Under the pieces are notes generated by a model. It saw only the letters and a program-made list of their open reading frames with translations. It was not told the DNA's origin and did no database searches. A program made the translations under genes and the position numbers. From a virus, in IMG/VR virus record IMGVR_UViG_3300044612_001255, positions 1-64,000 of that record: DNA of 64,000 nt; one strand, written 5' to 3'. Below, in pieces: positions 38,700-49,942 of the stretch (its first letter is position 1; each line of letters begins with the position of its first letter).

Positions 38700-38891
38700 T
38701 TAGTTACAGTTTTCTTTGATTAATTCTTCTACGTCTGATTTGCATAATTGTATTTCATTCCATACTGATGCACCATCTTCAATCTCACTGATTGCTAAGT
38801 CTAGTAGATCTTGTATTTCTTCTTTTAACGATGGGCACTTTTTAGCACGTTCTGTGCACCATGCCACTAAATCTTTTACTTCTTGATTCAT
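38700..38891 (-). CDS. Hypothetical protein
   Basis: Likely start MNQEV coupled to the primase stop. Confidence 0.55.
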   Translation of the reverse strand: MNQEVKDLVAWCTERAKKCPSLKEEIQDLLDLAISEIEDGASVWNEIQLCKSDVEELIKENCN

Positions 38892-39901
38892 GGTATTATT
38901 AGTTTTTGTTTTAGATAGTGTTCTATAATTTGCATTCCATACTTCTTTGCCAGATCTGCCCAATCTTTGATTCCTTCTTGTAGATAGTACCTTGGTACAT
39001 TACAATAATCAAAGTTGAACATCTCTGTTACCATTTTAGAATTCTTCACACCTGGTACATCACTGTCAAAAGAAAGGATTTGGCTGCTTGAATTGTGTTT
39101 CAAGAAGTCAATATTGTCTTCAGAGAAGCATGCCACTCCTTCGTTTTGAACAGCACATGAATGAGGATAAATCTTCTTCATCACCATGTAGTCTTTCTTA
39201 CTCTTGTTTATGAAAGCCATCTTGGTTTTGTCAAGATTATCTTTGCCATCCATAGCAGATATTGGAACATTGTTTGGAAACCATTTAAAATCCTTATTAA
39301 ATGGTCTGTAAATCTTCCAATGTCCATCATAAAAGTAACCAAACCTAAGTTCAGTTTCTTTTAGATGAACAGCTCTTCTGTTCAGGTAGAGCTTCTTAAT
39401 AGAATAAACATTATTCTGCTTTAGATCTTCTATGTCTTGATGGTATTGGTTCCAGTATTCTAGCTCTTCGTTAGTGAACTTTCTAGCAATCACTTGAATA
39501 TGTGAATACTTCTTTTCCAACTTCTCAGGCTGTTCATACTTAGAAACAATCTCTACGTGACTAGGTAGATCATCTCTCTTCTTTAGTCTAATTCCTAGAT
39601 TAAAATCTCTATCAATCATTTCCAGACATTCATTATGCCCTACATTGAATAGCTGCTTTATGAAATCAAAGCATCCTCCTCTGTAGTGTGGATCTGAAAA
39701 ATCAAGATAGAATAATCTACCATCTTTGGAATAGATTGTAAAAGAGGGCCTAGACTCATTTCTGAATGGAGAATAAGTTGTTCTATTAACCTCCCATTTC
39801 TTATTAGGCATGTACCATCTGAATATATCATACTCAGATATTTTAGAAAGGATGGTTTCAAAATTTAATTGTTCGAATACTTTTTTCTCCCCAGTAATCA
39901 T
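38888..39901 (-). CDS. crAss-type DNA primase (TOPRIM)
   Basis: SPFRNESRPSF, DF, GGCFDF, KIYRP, KSKKD, FDSD..G and KDWAD motifs. Confidence 0.85.
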   Translation of the reverse strand: MITGEKKVFEQLNFETILSKISEYDIFRWYMPNKKWEVNRTTYSPFRNESRPSFTIYSKDGRLFYLDFSDPHYRGGCFDFIKQLFNVGHNECLEMIDRDFNLGIRLKKRDDLPSHVEIVSKYEQPEKLEKKYSHIQVIARKFTNEELEYWNQYHQDIEDLKQNNVYSIKKLYLNRRAVHLKETELRFGYFYDGHWKIYRPFNKDFKWFPNNVPISAMDGKDNLDKTKMAFINKSKKDYMVMKKIYPHSCAVQNEGVACFSEDNIDFLKHNSSSQILSFDSDVPGVKNSKMVTEMFNFDYCNVPRYYLQEGIKDWADLAKKYGMQIIEHYLKQKLIIP

Positions 39902-40290
39902 TGATAATTCACATATTCTTTTACCTCGTTTATTCTAGATCCCATTGCAGCGTTGATTTTACTTTTCATTTCAAATCGTCTGTCGTTAAGGAAATAAACA
40001 CTTCTGGCTTTTGCAATAAATTCTTCATCAAATTGTTTACTAGCTTCCATTTTTCTCAGGTCATCTTCTACATCCCAGAGATTTTTGTTTACTATCAGAA
40101 GAAGATCATATAGCTCTTCTACTTCTTTGTTCTCTAAAAAGGGTGTTGCTACATCCATTAACTCTTGTAGCTCATCCTTTACCATTGCTAGCTTCTCTGT
40201 GTCGCTGATCATGACACGTTTAATATTGAGGATGCTCACTTTATCAAGTAGCTCCCCAATGCTTCCAGGTATCCAAATTACTTTTGCCAT
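39898..40290 (-). CDS. DUF6165-like protein
   Basis: SIGELLDKVSIL.IK, LWDVEDDLR, ARSVY..ND.R and EVKEY motifs. Confidence 0.75.
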   Translation of the reverse strand: MAKVIWIPGSIGELLDKVSILNIKRVMISDTEKLAMVKDELQELMDVATPFLENKEVEELYDLLLIVNKNLWDVEDDLRKMEASKQFDEEFIAKARSVYFLNDRRFEMKSKINAAMGSRINEVKEYVNYQ

Positions 40291-40349
40291 AGTTTGTAAA
40301 TAAAAAAGGCCCTCATAAAATGAGAGCCTTCAATTTAAAAGATTATTTA

Positions 40350-41243
40350 TTAATAATCAGCATCATCATTAGCAATCACTTTATTTGAGGCAACCATATT
40401 TGTTTCTGGATCATAATCATGTAGATCTTTGAATGTATAATAGTCTTTACATCCATACTCACCAGAAATCTTAACAACAAATCTTTCGTGTGGACGAAGA
40501 TCTTTTGACTTCTTAGATAGCAATGAAGATACTTTAGAAGAATCATTGTAATCATTCTCTTTAAGTCTGAATTGCTTCAATGAATATGCTGGAAGAAATG
40601 CTTTGTTGTATACGCTCTGATACTCTTTTACTTCTCCATCTTTTTCTCTAGTGGTAATTGTAGCCATTGCTACAAAGTTTCCACAATACTCACCATTCAC
40701 CTGAGAAGAGATTTCCTTAACATTTCCTCTAATAAGCTTCTTCCAATCTAGTGATAGAGTGGTATCATTTCTGCTGTAATCCAATTCACATAACCAGTTA
40801 CGTAGGAATTCATAGAACTCTTCCTCACCAACATAGGCAACTCTGTAGTCTTTTTCATTACCAGGAGTTCCCTTAAACCATTGTGCAAGACCATCTTCAT
40901 CAGCTGCCCAAGCACAAAGTCCTAGTTGGTTAATGTATTGCTTTTTGGTTCCATCCTTGTTCTCACGTTCTTTGTCTTCTAGATAGTAACTGATGTTAAA
41001 ATTCTGTCCAGATTTAACATCTTTTAACCATACACTGATTCTAACAGTGGTGTTGCCATCTCTGCTTTCGCCAAGATATTCTGTTGCCTTGCTGTCTTCT
41101 TTGAGTTCGATTCCTAGAATGTCTTTGTACTGCTCAATCGTTGGATTGATTGCAATAACACTAGCTTCGAATAAGCCAACTTTCTTTGGAAACTCACTTC
41201 CACCTTCTTTTCTTTCTCTTTTTGATCCGCCAATTCCTGACAT
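40350..41243 (-). CDS. Putative ssDNA-binding/annealing protein
   Basis: VIAINPT and QYIN..G motifs, acidic C-terminus DDADY. Follows the AAA ATPase. Confidence 0.55.
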   Translation of the reverse strand: MSGIGGSKRERKEGGSEFPKKVGLFEASVIAINPTIEQYKDILGIELKEDSKATEYLGESRDGNTTVRISVWLKDVKSGQNFNISYYLEDKERENKDGTKKQYINQLGLCAWAADEDGLAQWFKGTPGNEKDYRVAYVGEEEFYEFLRNWLCELDYSRNDTTLSLDWKKLIRGNVKEISSQVNGEYCGNFVAMATITTREKDGEVKEYQSVYNKAFLPAYSLKQFRLKENDYNDSSKVSSLLSKKSKDLRPHERFVVKISGEYGCKDYYTFKDLHDYDPETNMVASNKVIANDDADY

Positions 41244-41264
41244 AGCTTTAATTGTTTAGTTGTT

Positions 41265-41936
41265 TTATTTATAATACGCATTTACACTATCTACAACCAC
41301 TTGTAGATTGTTTGGAATCTTGATTTCACTGAACATGCCATCAGGTGATTTTGCTGGCATCTTTCTGTACCTGTTGGTGATAAAGCTGTAAGTTGCTGTA
41401 CCATCCTTTTGCTCTTCTACAAGTGCATATAGACATACAGTCATCAAACCTTCCAACAACACTTGGTTGTCAATCAACTTACCTGCTGTCTTAATCTTGT
41501 AACCAATGATTTCACCACTATCCTCAATCACTTCTGGGTGAGTGAAATAAAACACAACAATGTCTTCTCTGAGCATTCTTGCTGTTCTAAACAAATCAAC
41601 CATGTCTTTTGCCATCAATGAGAACTTCTGATAGCCTACTTCTGTGGCTTTAGACACAATTGTAAAGCCCATGATGTAGTTAGAATCCTCGATAACAATG
41701 TTCTTGATGTGAGGAGCTTTCTCAGAGATAGTCTTCATAAGCCTTGAAATCTCATTAGCATCATCTACGTCCTTGTAGTTCTTCTTCTCTGCGTTGTACA
41801 TCTTCTCAGAACCTTTGAAGGGAAGTTCCTTCTTAGCTACGTTGATGATGTAAGTCTCATCTGGATTTAGGTGTTTGATTGATGTTGATTTTCCTGTGGA
41901 TGTTTCTCCAACAATCCCAATCAGTTTACTTGCCAT
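41265..41936 (-). CDS. AAA ATPase (Sak4/AAA_24-like)
   Basis: GETSTGKST Walker A, IVIED and AKSPDGMF motifs. Confidence 0.85.
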   Translation of the reverse strand: MASKLIGIVGETSTGKSTSIKHLNPDETYIINVAKKELPFKGSEKMYNAEKKNYKDVDDANEISRLMKTISEKAPHIKNIVIEDSNYIMGFTIVSKATEVGYQKFSLMAKDMVDLFRTARMLREDIVVFYFTHPEVIEDSGEIIGYKIKTAGKLIDNQVLLEGLMTVCLYALVEEQKDGTATYSFITNRYRKMPAKSPDGMFSEIKIPNNLQVVVDSVNAYYK

Positions 41937-41990
41937 TTGCTTTGATTTTTAGGTTTTAACTTTTTTGATTATAAATATACACTTTTTTGG

Positions 41991-43118
41991 TTATAAATTC
42001 CTACTGTCAACAAATTTAATTTTCTCCCTGTCAAAGAATTCTAAAGACTTCTGTAACCACTTCAACTCCACCTGTTCATTGCTTGATATAATGTATATCT
42101 GAGCTTTTTTGTCAGGATTATTGTATTCCATAGCTGTACATCTCTGTATTTTCTGAGCAAGGTTTTCACTATTGCTGTCGAAGTAATTAATTACAACACG
42201 ATTCAAGGGTTTGTATGTGACACCTGTGTTGCCAATCTTCACAACAGCCATGTGATTACCTTTGCCCTCAGCGAAATCATTAAATAATTGTTTTTCGCTG
42301 GATTTGCTGTGATAGGAAGGAATTCCTAAACCATCAGCCACCTTTGTTACACCACAGAATATGAGCATTCTCTCATCCTGGTGCTTACTAATCAACTTCT
42401 TGGTAAGATTCATCTTTGCTAAAGAAGATTGTATGAGCCTCATTCTTGCTAGTCTAAGAAACATGGTATCTCTGCGTTCTGACTGCATCTTGTTAATCAC
42501 CCATCCATAGCTATCATATTGTTGCTTCTCTGTCTTGGATTTAGTTCCAAACATTTGATTAGTAACATTATCTAAAGGTGTTGTGACAACAGTGATTTCA
42601 TAGTCTACAATGATGCATTCTTCTATAGCCTTCTCAAGAGGATATTCAGCAACGATATTTAATGCTAAATAGTCTGCTAATACATTCTTTGTGTCTTTAG
42701 AAAGAGTTCCTGTTAGTCCTAGCACTTTCTGGTTAATGTCAAAGAAGTCTTGACACACCTCAATCTGCGCTTCACTAAGAAGATGTATCTCATCTACAAT
42801 CACCAAGTCAAACTTTTTCCCTGCATATTTTTTCAATGAAAGATGTGTTGTGAACGTGATGTTGTCATTATCATATCCAAGTGCTTCAAAATCATCTAGC
42901 CAGGATTGCTTTATCTTATTGTCTGGATAGGCAATAAGCACCTCTGCATCTTTAGGAAACTCCTTCAGTACATTGATACTAGTTCTAATCTTCCCAAATC
43001 GTGGACACAAATAGAGAATACCATATTCTCCTTTGTCTTTCCAAGCTTTTGCAAACTCAGCCTGTCGTTGGTCCCTCAGTGTCATTATCATAGTATTTGT
43101 AGAATAATGCACAATCAA
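41991..43118 (-). CDS. Superfamily 2 helicase (DExH)
   Basis: PRFGK, VDEIH, GLTGT and QKIQR motifs. The true start may be ~43086-43092. Confidence 0.85.
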   Translation of the reverse strand: MIVHYSTNTMIMTLRDQRQAEFAKAWKDKGEYGILYLCPRFGKIRTSINVLKEFPKDAEVLIAYPDNKIKQSWLDDFEALGYDNDNITFTTHLSLKKYAGKKFDLVIVDEIHLLSEAQIEVCQDFFDINQKVLGLTGTLSKDTKNVLADYLALNIVAEYPLEKAIEECIIVDYEITVVTTPLDNVTNQMFGTKSKTEKQQYDSYGWVINKMQSERRDTMFLRLARMRLIQSSLAKMNLTKKLISKHQDERMLIFCGVTKVADGLGIPSYHSKSSEKQLFNDFAEGKGNHMAVVKIGNTGVTYKPLNRVVINYFDSNSENLAQKIQRCTAMEYNNPDKKAQIYIISSNEQVELKWLQKSLEFFDREKIKFVDSRNL

Positions 43119-43307
43119 TAATAGCTTGTACTATCTGTGATTTATTCATACTTGCAACTTCTTCAGGATCATATTCATCACTCTGTAGTTCTTTCAGAAA
43201 TTTTACTAATTGTTCTCTTTTCATTGTTATTCAGTTTTGTTTGCTTTTTACACTTTAAACACAAAATCACACCATTATTCAGGGTGTGACTCGTGATGTT
43301 CTTACAC

Positions 43308-44390
43308 TTATCGCAATGTTGAGCTATGCTGATCATTTAAGAAGAAGCTTTTGTTTACAACATTTTCATAGTCTACATCTGTAATATCCTTCCTCTTGGG
43401 AAGTTCCTTGAACATACCTATCTGGCCAAGAAAGCCAAGACCAATTCTTACGTCATCCTCACCATAACTATTCTTGATGAGTCTTAGTGATCTGAAATAC
43501 TTACCACCATATTCATCAATCAACCTGTCAAGATTATAACCACTGGGATCAGACACTTTGTATCTCATAGGATCAAATAGTGCTAGAACAACGTCAGCAT
43601 CCTCTTGAGGAACTGATGACTCTTTGAAGTCTTCTAGCTGTGGTTCTACATCACCATTCTTGATTCTAATAGGATTTGAAATGTCACGATTGAACTGCTG
43701 TACAGCTACAATAGTATAGCCATAGAAGTCTCTTGCATATCTGAGTTCATCACTCATCTTGTCAATAGTTTGCTTTTTTGTAGTGAGCTCTTTGGTAGTC
43801 TTGAGCAATCCTAGGTGATCTACAACAACAATAGTTACTTCATTCTCATCATTAGGAATGTAAATCTTGTTGTATTCATCAAGCTGTTCAATCACACCAT
43901 TCTTCAATGCATGACTTCTCAAGTCTTTAGCAATACCAACAGGATTTTCTGGACCATCAATGATTGTAATGACATCATCCATTTGTTCCATGTAGTCTTT
44001 GTACAATAGAAATATGTCATGTTCATCCTTTGTCATCTTCTCAGTCCAGCCCAACAACTTACTTACAGGAACAATATATCCATGATCTAAGAAGATCTTT
44101 CTACAAACCCACTTAGCAAGTTTGTATGTTCTACTACGCTCCATTGACCGATATATAATACGAAGTTTGAATTTTGGTTCTTTTTGACTGATATACCAGT
44201 CATAAGGATTCAAAACAAACGCATCGTCAACAAAGCTAGTCTTACCTGAACCTGTCAAACCACCTGTTACAAAGTACATTCTCTTACGAATACCTATGTA
44301 TCTATTAAGACGATGAAATCCCATAGGAATACCATTATTCCTACCATTTAAACCATTGTCTACTTCTCTTTTAAGTGCTTCAAAACTCAT
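43308..44390 (-). CDS. dnaB: DnaB-like replicative helicase
   Basis: GLTGSGKTS, SME, VVDH, QQFNR and EDADVV motifs. Confidence 0.85.
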   Translation of the reverse strand: MSFEALKREVDNGLNGRNNGIPMGFHRLNRYIGIRKRMYFVTGGLTGSGKTSFVDDAFVLNPYDWYISQKEPKFKLRIIYRSMERSRTYKLAKWVCRKIFLDHGYIVPVSKLLGWTEKMTKDEHDIFLLYKDYMEQMDDVITIIDGPENPVGIAKDLRSHALKNGVIEQLDEYNKIYIPNDENEVTIVVVDHLGLLKTTKELTTKKQTIDKMSDELRYARDFYGYTIVAVQQFNRDISNPIRIKNGDVEPQLEDFKESSVPQEDADVVLALFDPMRYKVSDPSGYNLDRLIDEYGGKYFRSLRLIKNSYGEDDVRIGLGFLGQIGMFKELPKRKDITDVDYENVVNKSFFLNDQHSSTLR

Positions 44391-45010
44391 ATGTCCACTG
44401 ATCTTTTTGTTTGTGCGTTAGGTACTTCTACTCCTGTTTTAATCATTTCTATAAACGGCTCAAAACTTCTCTGTACAAGATAGGTGAAACTATTTTGCAA
44501 GAAACTGAGCTTATTATCACCACTTCGTATAGAAGCTTCCTTCTTTAGATATACATCTAGATTGGTAGCATCAACAATGTCCTGTGCAACATATTCCCCT
44601 TCAGCAAGAATCTTATTGAATTTGATTCTACAATCCTCTCTAGATCTCTTTAAAGCTCTTGACCCAGGAAACTTCTTTCCTTTATGCTCAAAGTTATCTG
44701 TAGATGGAAATGCATTCCACCAGCTTTCAAAGTCTGATGATTTTTGCTTTAGTTTCTTCATAGGTTCTTTCACCTCTGAATCAGCAAATGTTAACAACTC
44801 TCTTCCTATGTGTGTAATCTCTTGAGTTACATCAGAGACAAGACCTTTCCTGACTAAAGACTGGTAGAGGCCAGCTATCTTCATACTTCCATCTGTTAAT
44901 GGTTGTATGTCAATATTGGCCTCTACAAGCTTTAATAAGAAAATGTGATCTAGACTATAGGATTGTTTGAGAAGTTGTTCAAAATGGGAGGGTGTCACAT
45001 TGAACTTCAT
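44387..45010 (-). CDS. Putative replication initiator / helicase loader
   Basis: FESWWNAFP...TYL motif. Coupled upstream of DnaB. Confidence 0.45.
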   Translation of the reverse strand: MKFNVTPSHFEQLLKQSYSLDHIFLLKLVEANIDIQPLTDGSMKIAGLYQSLVRKGLVSDVTQEITHIGRELLTFADSEVKEPMKKLKQKSSDFESWWNAFPSTDNFEHKGKKFPGSRALKRSREDCRIKFNKILAEGEYVAQDIVDATNLDVYLKKEASIRSGDNKLSFLQNSFTYLVQRSFEPFIEMIKTGVEVPNAQTKRSVDI

Positions 45011-45250
45011 TGTTCTTCTTCTCTGTAGTTAGGATGATTTTTGCAGGTTTTCTTTTCTCATACTCGTGGTTTGCTTGTTCCACTTCTTCTATCTTCTGCA
45101 ATCGTATAATAGCAGCTTCTCTAACATGTTCGTGTTCGTAATCTTCGTTTGTGTTCATCGTTTTCTATCATGTTTAATTATAAATTCTACTAATGCAATT
45201 AATAATGCAGTACTAAACAAAAAATAGATTAGAAGAAAACCAGCCATTAC

Positions 45251-45757
45251 TCAAAGTGTTAGAAGTCCAAAGTTTTTATCAAAGAACTCGTATGTTTCAC
45301 GAGCTTTTGCACCGTTGAATCTAAAAACTTTTTTCAATATTCCAAGGGCATAGCTCTTGAATATTTCTTTTTGCTTCTTAGTTAGTTTCCATTCTTTCTT
45401 CCATGATTGTTCTGTAACAGTGTTTGCCATTGTTTTACCAATAATATTGAACTGGTATTCCAGAAGATGTTCTGAAACATTTGTTCTATTTATTGGAGGA
45501 TGTGGAACATGTGTGAATTTTAAAAGCCTCACTTGGTTTTTAAACTCATCCACTTCCCAAACATCAATCATAGCATTTTCCTTAATAGGCATTAACTTAA
45601 TTGTGTCTGGCTTAGAATATATCACTACATGCACTACACCATACAGATCAAAGTATCTACTACCTCTTGCTATTGGAATCTTCATTGATCTTAAATGTAC
45701 AGGAATAAAGTTAACAGGAGGTAGTGTTTCTATTTGTGTGTAAGATTTTTCTTCCAT
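45251..45757 (-). CDS. Hypothetical protein
   Basis: 168-aa ORF directly after PolB. Confidence 0.6.
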   Translation of the reverse strand: MEEKSYTQIETLPPVNFIPVHLRSMKIPIARGSRYFDLYGVVHVVIYSKPDTIKLMPIKENAMIDVWEVDEFKNQVRLLKFTHVPHPPINRTNVSEHLLEYQFNIIGKTMANTVTEQSWKKEWKLTKKQKEIFKSYALGILKKVFRFNGAKARETYEFFDKNFGLLTL

Positions 45758-45759
45758 AA

Positions 45760-47727
45760 TTAAAATAAAGAAATTTGGTTAGGTATTCTTTCTACTTTCC
45801 GTTTCTTACCTTTTGTAACAATCTTCAGCACAAGACTTTCAGCCTTATCAATGTAATACTGATAATTGATATTCATTGATTTGACATCTGTATTTGCAGG
45901 AAGATAGTTTACCACCTTGCACAACCAATCACCAGCCTCCACTTGAGAGCTGCTTGGTGCAGTTGAATCTGATTCTTGGTTCTTGATTTTCAATAGCTTC
46001 TCACCATCACCACCACTTGTTATGTAGTAGCGAATAAGCTTATTGTATACAGATGGTTCCATGCCTTTTCTATAACCTTCATAGTGAAAATCACTTGTTG
46101 ATTTCTGTCTTATGCAAAAATCATAAGGACTTCTATGAAGAAGAATAGTTTCAGCAATATCAATACCGTCAACAAAGTAACGCTCAAGAGCAAGAGGCAC
46201 AATTCTGGCGGACTTGTTTTTATGAAGTTCGAAATCCGTGAGAAAATCCCCTTTCTTTTTAATTTCTCCATCTGTTTTGATTGCTAAATAGTCATTAACT
46301 GTTGAGAATATAATCTTCTTGTAATCAGCTCTTTCAAGCTCATATCCTGTAATCTTACACCACCAAGCATTAATCTTATCCATCTCAGCTAGTTTGCTTT
46401 TGTGGATTTGGATTGTAACACCATCAGTGTTTGCTGATATGACACGTATTTCTTTAGCTTCATACGCTTCAATGAGCATCATCAAGGACAATTCTCCCGT
46501 AATAGTTGTAAACATAGTTAGTTGTCTATCATATATCCAACTATTCATGTCACTAGATTTACCATACACAGAGTTTACAGCAAGCTTCAACGCACCAACA
46601 ATACCTCTAATCTTCTTATCCTTCTTTGCAAAAGGCTTTAGTTCAAGACGCTTCTCATACATCTTTTTATAGCCTGTAAGAAACTCTTTACCTAAATGAT
46701 ATGGATACTGTTTGTTGTTGATGATAATGGCAGGATAGTAGCTAGAAACGTCCCAGTCAATGATGAGATGATCTTCATCCTCCTCAAACACTTCTGGTTT
46801 GTTTTCTGTGTGCAATCCACCCTTCATAAACGAATACACATTGTCATAAAAGTGTATGTGTTCTTTGAAATCATCTGTAAGCTCTAGACGCATCTTCTTA
46901 ATTTTCTTAAGAAACTCTGTGAGCTGAACAGTCTTGAACTGTACGTAAGTAGCTACACATTGGCTGATGAAGATGTATTTTCTAAAGTGACCTTTTCTAG
47001 GAAGTGTTTTGATATCTATCTTCTTCTCTTCACAATAGTATTTCTTGATGATCTCATCACCAATCTTACTATCTGAATAGTTTATACATGGAATGTCAAA
47101 CTCTTTCTCTATGTCAAGTCTCAATTGAACTTGATCATTACCCTTGTACAATGGATGTTCCGTTTCACCTATGGTTACTTTGTAGAATTCATAAGTGGCC
47201 ATAACATCATTCTTACAATACTGACGTGTGAGCTTTCTATCATCTAGAGTCATTCCCACCTTTGTGTGATGAATTGGCATCTCTTCAATGTTCTCAAGAT
47301 CCATTTCAAACTCTAGTCTCTTTAGACTAACACGTCTATTCTTATTGTCAAAGTGATGTATCTTAAACAAATCAATCTGCTTTAGAGATAGTTCTTCTTC
47401 TCTGTATTCAGCAAACACATCATAATTAGCATCATGAATAACATCCTGTGCTTTCTGAGCAATCATACCTGCTACATCTAGATTAGATTTCTCTCCCCAG
47501 TCATGGCACTTTCTCAAGATCCATTCAACAACTTGGCAGTCAAATCTTAGATTGTTGTAGCCCACCCAATAGAAGTCTTTATACTTCTCTGAGAACTCTA
47601 CAAACTTATCTAGATCGTATTTGCTTTTGCTCACTTCAAACTCATGATATGTGTCCTCGTGAGGAATATAAATCCCCACGAGAAACATTTCTTTCAGAGT
47701 TTCAATGTCGTAAATTAGAACATTCAT
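45760..47727 (-). CDS. Family B DNA polymerase (crAss-like)
   Basis: Exonuclease motifs YDIET, GYNNLRFD and YCKND. Polymerase motifs DVSSYYP, KLAVNSVYGK and ANTDG. Confidence 0.92.
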   Translation of the reverse strand: MNVLIYDIETLKEMFLVGIYIPHEDTYHEFEVSKSKYDLDKFVEFSEKYKDFYWVGYNNLRFDCQVVEWILRKCHDWGEKSNLDVAGMIAQKAQDVIHDANYDVFAEYREEELSLKQIDLFKIHHFDNKNRRVSLKRLEFEMDLENIEEMPIHHTKVGMTLDDRKLTRQYCKNDVMATYEFYKVTIGETEHPLYKGNDQVQLRLDIEKEFDIPCINYSDSKIGDEIIKKYYCEEKKIDIKTLPRKGHFRKYIFISQCVATYVQFKTVQLTEFLKKIKKMRLELTDDFKEHIHFYDNVYSFMKGGLHTENKPEVFEEDEDHLIIDWDVSSYYPAIIINNKQYPYHLGKEFLTGYKKMYEKRLELKPFAKKDKKIRGIVGALKLAVNSVYGKSSDMNSWIYDRQLTMFTTITGELSLMMLIEAYEAKEIRVISANTDGVTIQIHKSKLAEMDKINAWWCKITGYELERADYKKIIFSTVNDYLAIKTDGEIKKKGDFLTDFELHKNKSARIVPLALERYFVDGIDIAETILLHRSPYDFCIRQKSTSDFHYEGYRKGMEPSVYNKLIRYYITSGGDGEKLLKIKNQESDSTAPSSSQVEAGDWLCKVVNYLPANTDVKSMNINYQYYIDKAESLVLKIVTKGKKRKVERIPNQISLF

Positions 47728-47792
47728 ATGTTTGATTATACACCATTACTATTGGTTTTAAGTTTTTTCGTTAGTAAAATACACAATTTCAG

Positions 47793-49346
47793 TTAGTCTT
47801 GCAAGTATTCATCCCAATCTTGATCATCATCATATAGATCATCTATGAATTGATATTTCATTATCACTTCTTGGTCTTCTGTAATGGTGTAGATTGTACC
47901 ATCTTGATCATAGGCTTGCTCATCAATGAGTATAGATATTTTACCACCATTGTTCTGAATGATCCAGTTCGCATCATCAATATCAAACTCTCTGATTGAA
48001 TCGTCATCTTGATGAACCCATCCTATTTCTGGCGAATATGCCACAATTAAATCAGGCTCGTCAGGATTACCCATTTCTAGTGTAACCATTGGTTCAACAG
48101 GAAATCCATTCTTTGCTATAAAATTGTCATATTCTTCTTCAATGATGTCTTCTTCAAGAAGCCACAGTTCGACAAACTCTCTATCAGTTCCTGGATATAG
48201 GCTATTCATAAACCACATACCAGCCAATAAATCCTCAGGTTGGTAGAAGCTAACTTTGAAGTTAGCCTCTAACCACATGAGATGTCTCATATCAAATAAT
48301 GACCCAGCCATTGTCTTTGTCTAGTTTATCTTGAATATCCATCCAATAATTATGACCTTCGTTTGATTTCTCCCAAACAAATGCAGAATAAAGAAATTCA
48401 TTCTCGAATACATTCACAGTTGAAGGATCTATTAATACTTCTTGGCTTGCCATATTAGCAAAGAATTTGTCTGCATTGTCCTTGTCTAGATATACATCTG
48501 CCCAATGCTTGTAAGTGCTTAGTTGTTTTTCCATGATGGGTCTGGTTTTCTTGCTTCGTTAAATATGTGATCAAATACTTCATTGAACCCATAGGTTCCT
48601 TTAATTGTGCTTTTTACACCTGTTGGTGCTAAATCTCCTGGTCTTTCGATTTCTCGTGCTTTAAATAGTTTCATCATCGTTTAACTTTTTACGTGCTTTA
48701 AAATTTCTCTTTGCTGTTTCCATTGCCTCCACTTCTGTGTCAGCAAACCCTGTATCATACGTCCAATCATCATTGAACCAATACAACCATTCTCCTACAT
48801 GTGACTGAAACACTCCTATTGAATCAATTGGAATATCTCTGCCATAAAATAGGCTCTTCGCTTGTTTTCCTAAATAGACTTCCATAATGCTAAAATAAAA
48901 ATGTCCAGTGATTAAAACTGGACAATTATTCTTTTCCTTTTACAATATCCTTGAGTTGATTCCAGATATTCTCTGCATTCTCTCCCCAATAGTAATCACA
49001 CTTACCATCCTCAATAGGCGGTTTCATAAACCAAGATTGATAATCACTTGGTTTAGCTGTAAATCTATAACATTTTTCTCTCTGGGGACAATTTGTCCCC
49101 TTGCACATGGTTATGTCAGGCATCTTTTTCTTGTTTTAAATATTCTTCAAACATATCTTCATCTGTATAATGAAAATATTCTTCTGCTTTTTCATTCATC
49201 CTCATCCACATATAGAAATTAAGCATCTGCTCCTTCTCCATCTCTTTGGCTTCTTCATACCAGTCTAGGAAATCATGCATCTCCTTTGGACTTATGTTTA
49301 GGTACATCACCTTTGATGCAAATAATTTAACTGCTGTCTGTTTCAT
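47793..49346 (-). CDS. Cluster of small hypothetical genes (47793-48311 acidic, 48292-48534, 48661-48885, 48926-49123 Cys-rich, 49116-49346)
   Basis: Coupled short ORFs. 48926-49123 has a DITMC...C..C.R...C putative Zn motif. Confidence 0.55.
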
Positions 49347-49576
49347 AACTTATCAATTAGATTTTTTAAGTTCTCATCTGATGGGAAGTTCTCCTTGTCA
49401 GCATTCCAATACTCTAGATACTTGTCTCTGTGTATAGCGTACCATTTTTGTGTGTGTTCATTCCAATGAAACACATAATTCCAAATCTTTTCCATATTGT
49501 TTTTATTTATAATAAGAAAGGCTACCTGCTAACAACTCACACCCTAATTGCAGGCAGGTAGGGTCCCTTAGCCTTG

Positions 49577-49711
49577 TAGTCAGGACAGGATTCGAACCTG
49601 CACACACATCTAAGGTTATCTCAATGTGCCATTACTTTTAACAAGTAGTTCCAATGTGCGTCTTCCTATGTACTTCCCGTAATAACAGGGCACACTTTCC
49701 GCCACCTGACC
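49577..49711 (-). ncRNA. tRNA-like RNA (135 nt) with expanded D-loop, irregular anticodon arm and long variable arm
   Basis: Acceptor GGTCAGG/CCTGACT plus discriminator A, D-arm TGGCGGAA...AGACGC, T-arm GCAGG-TTCGAAT-CCTGT. Confidence 0.75.
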
Positions 49712-49721
49712 AAATTTACCA

Positions 49722-49925
49722 TTACTCTTCTAAGAATTCAATTTTTGTAGGACTTCCTGTAAGCTTCTTGTATTGTATCTGCGTCACCGCAGTTTTTGTA
49801 GCTTCACCATACGCTTTAACAGCAATCATTGCTGCCTTCAAGTCTTTCGACTGATCATACTTTGCTTTTGCATCGTCACCAATTTGTACAAGTTTTTCCC
49901 TGATTGATAGAATTTTCTGTGCCAT
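49722..49925 (-). CDS. Hypothetical protein
   Basis: 67-aa ORF. Confidence 0.55.
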   Translation of the reverse strand: MAQKILSIREKLVQIGDDAKAKYDQSKDLKAAMIAVKAYGEATKTAVTQIQYKKLTGSPTKIEFLEE

Positions 49926-49942
49926 AGTTGTTTTTGATTATA

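Noticed and set aside
49577-49711. Canonical or suppressor tRNA (TTA, GTT or TAA anticodon readings)
   Set aside because: No reading gives both a 5-bp stem and a 7-nt loop with U33, so no anticodon was assigned.
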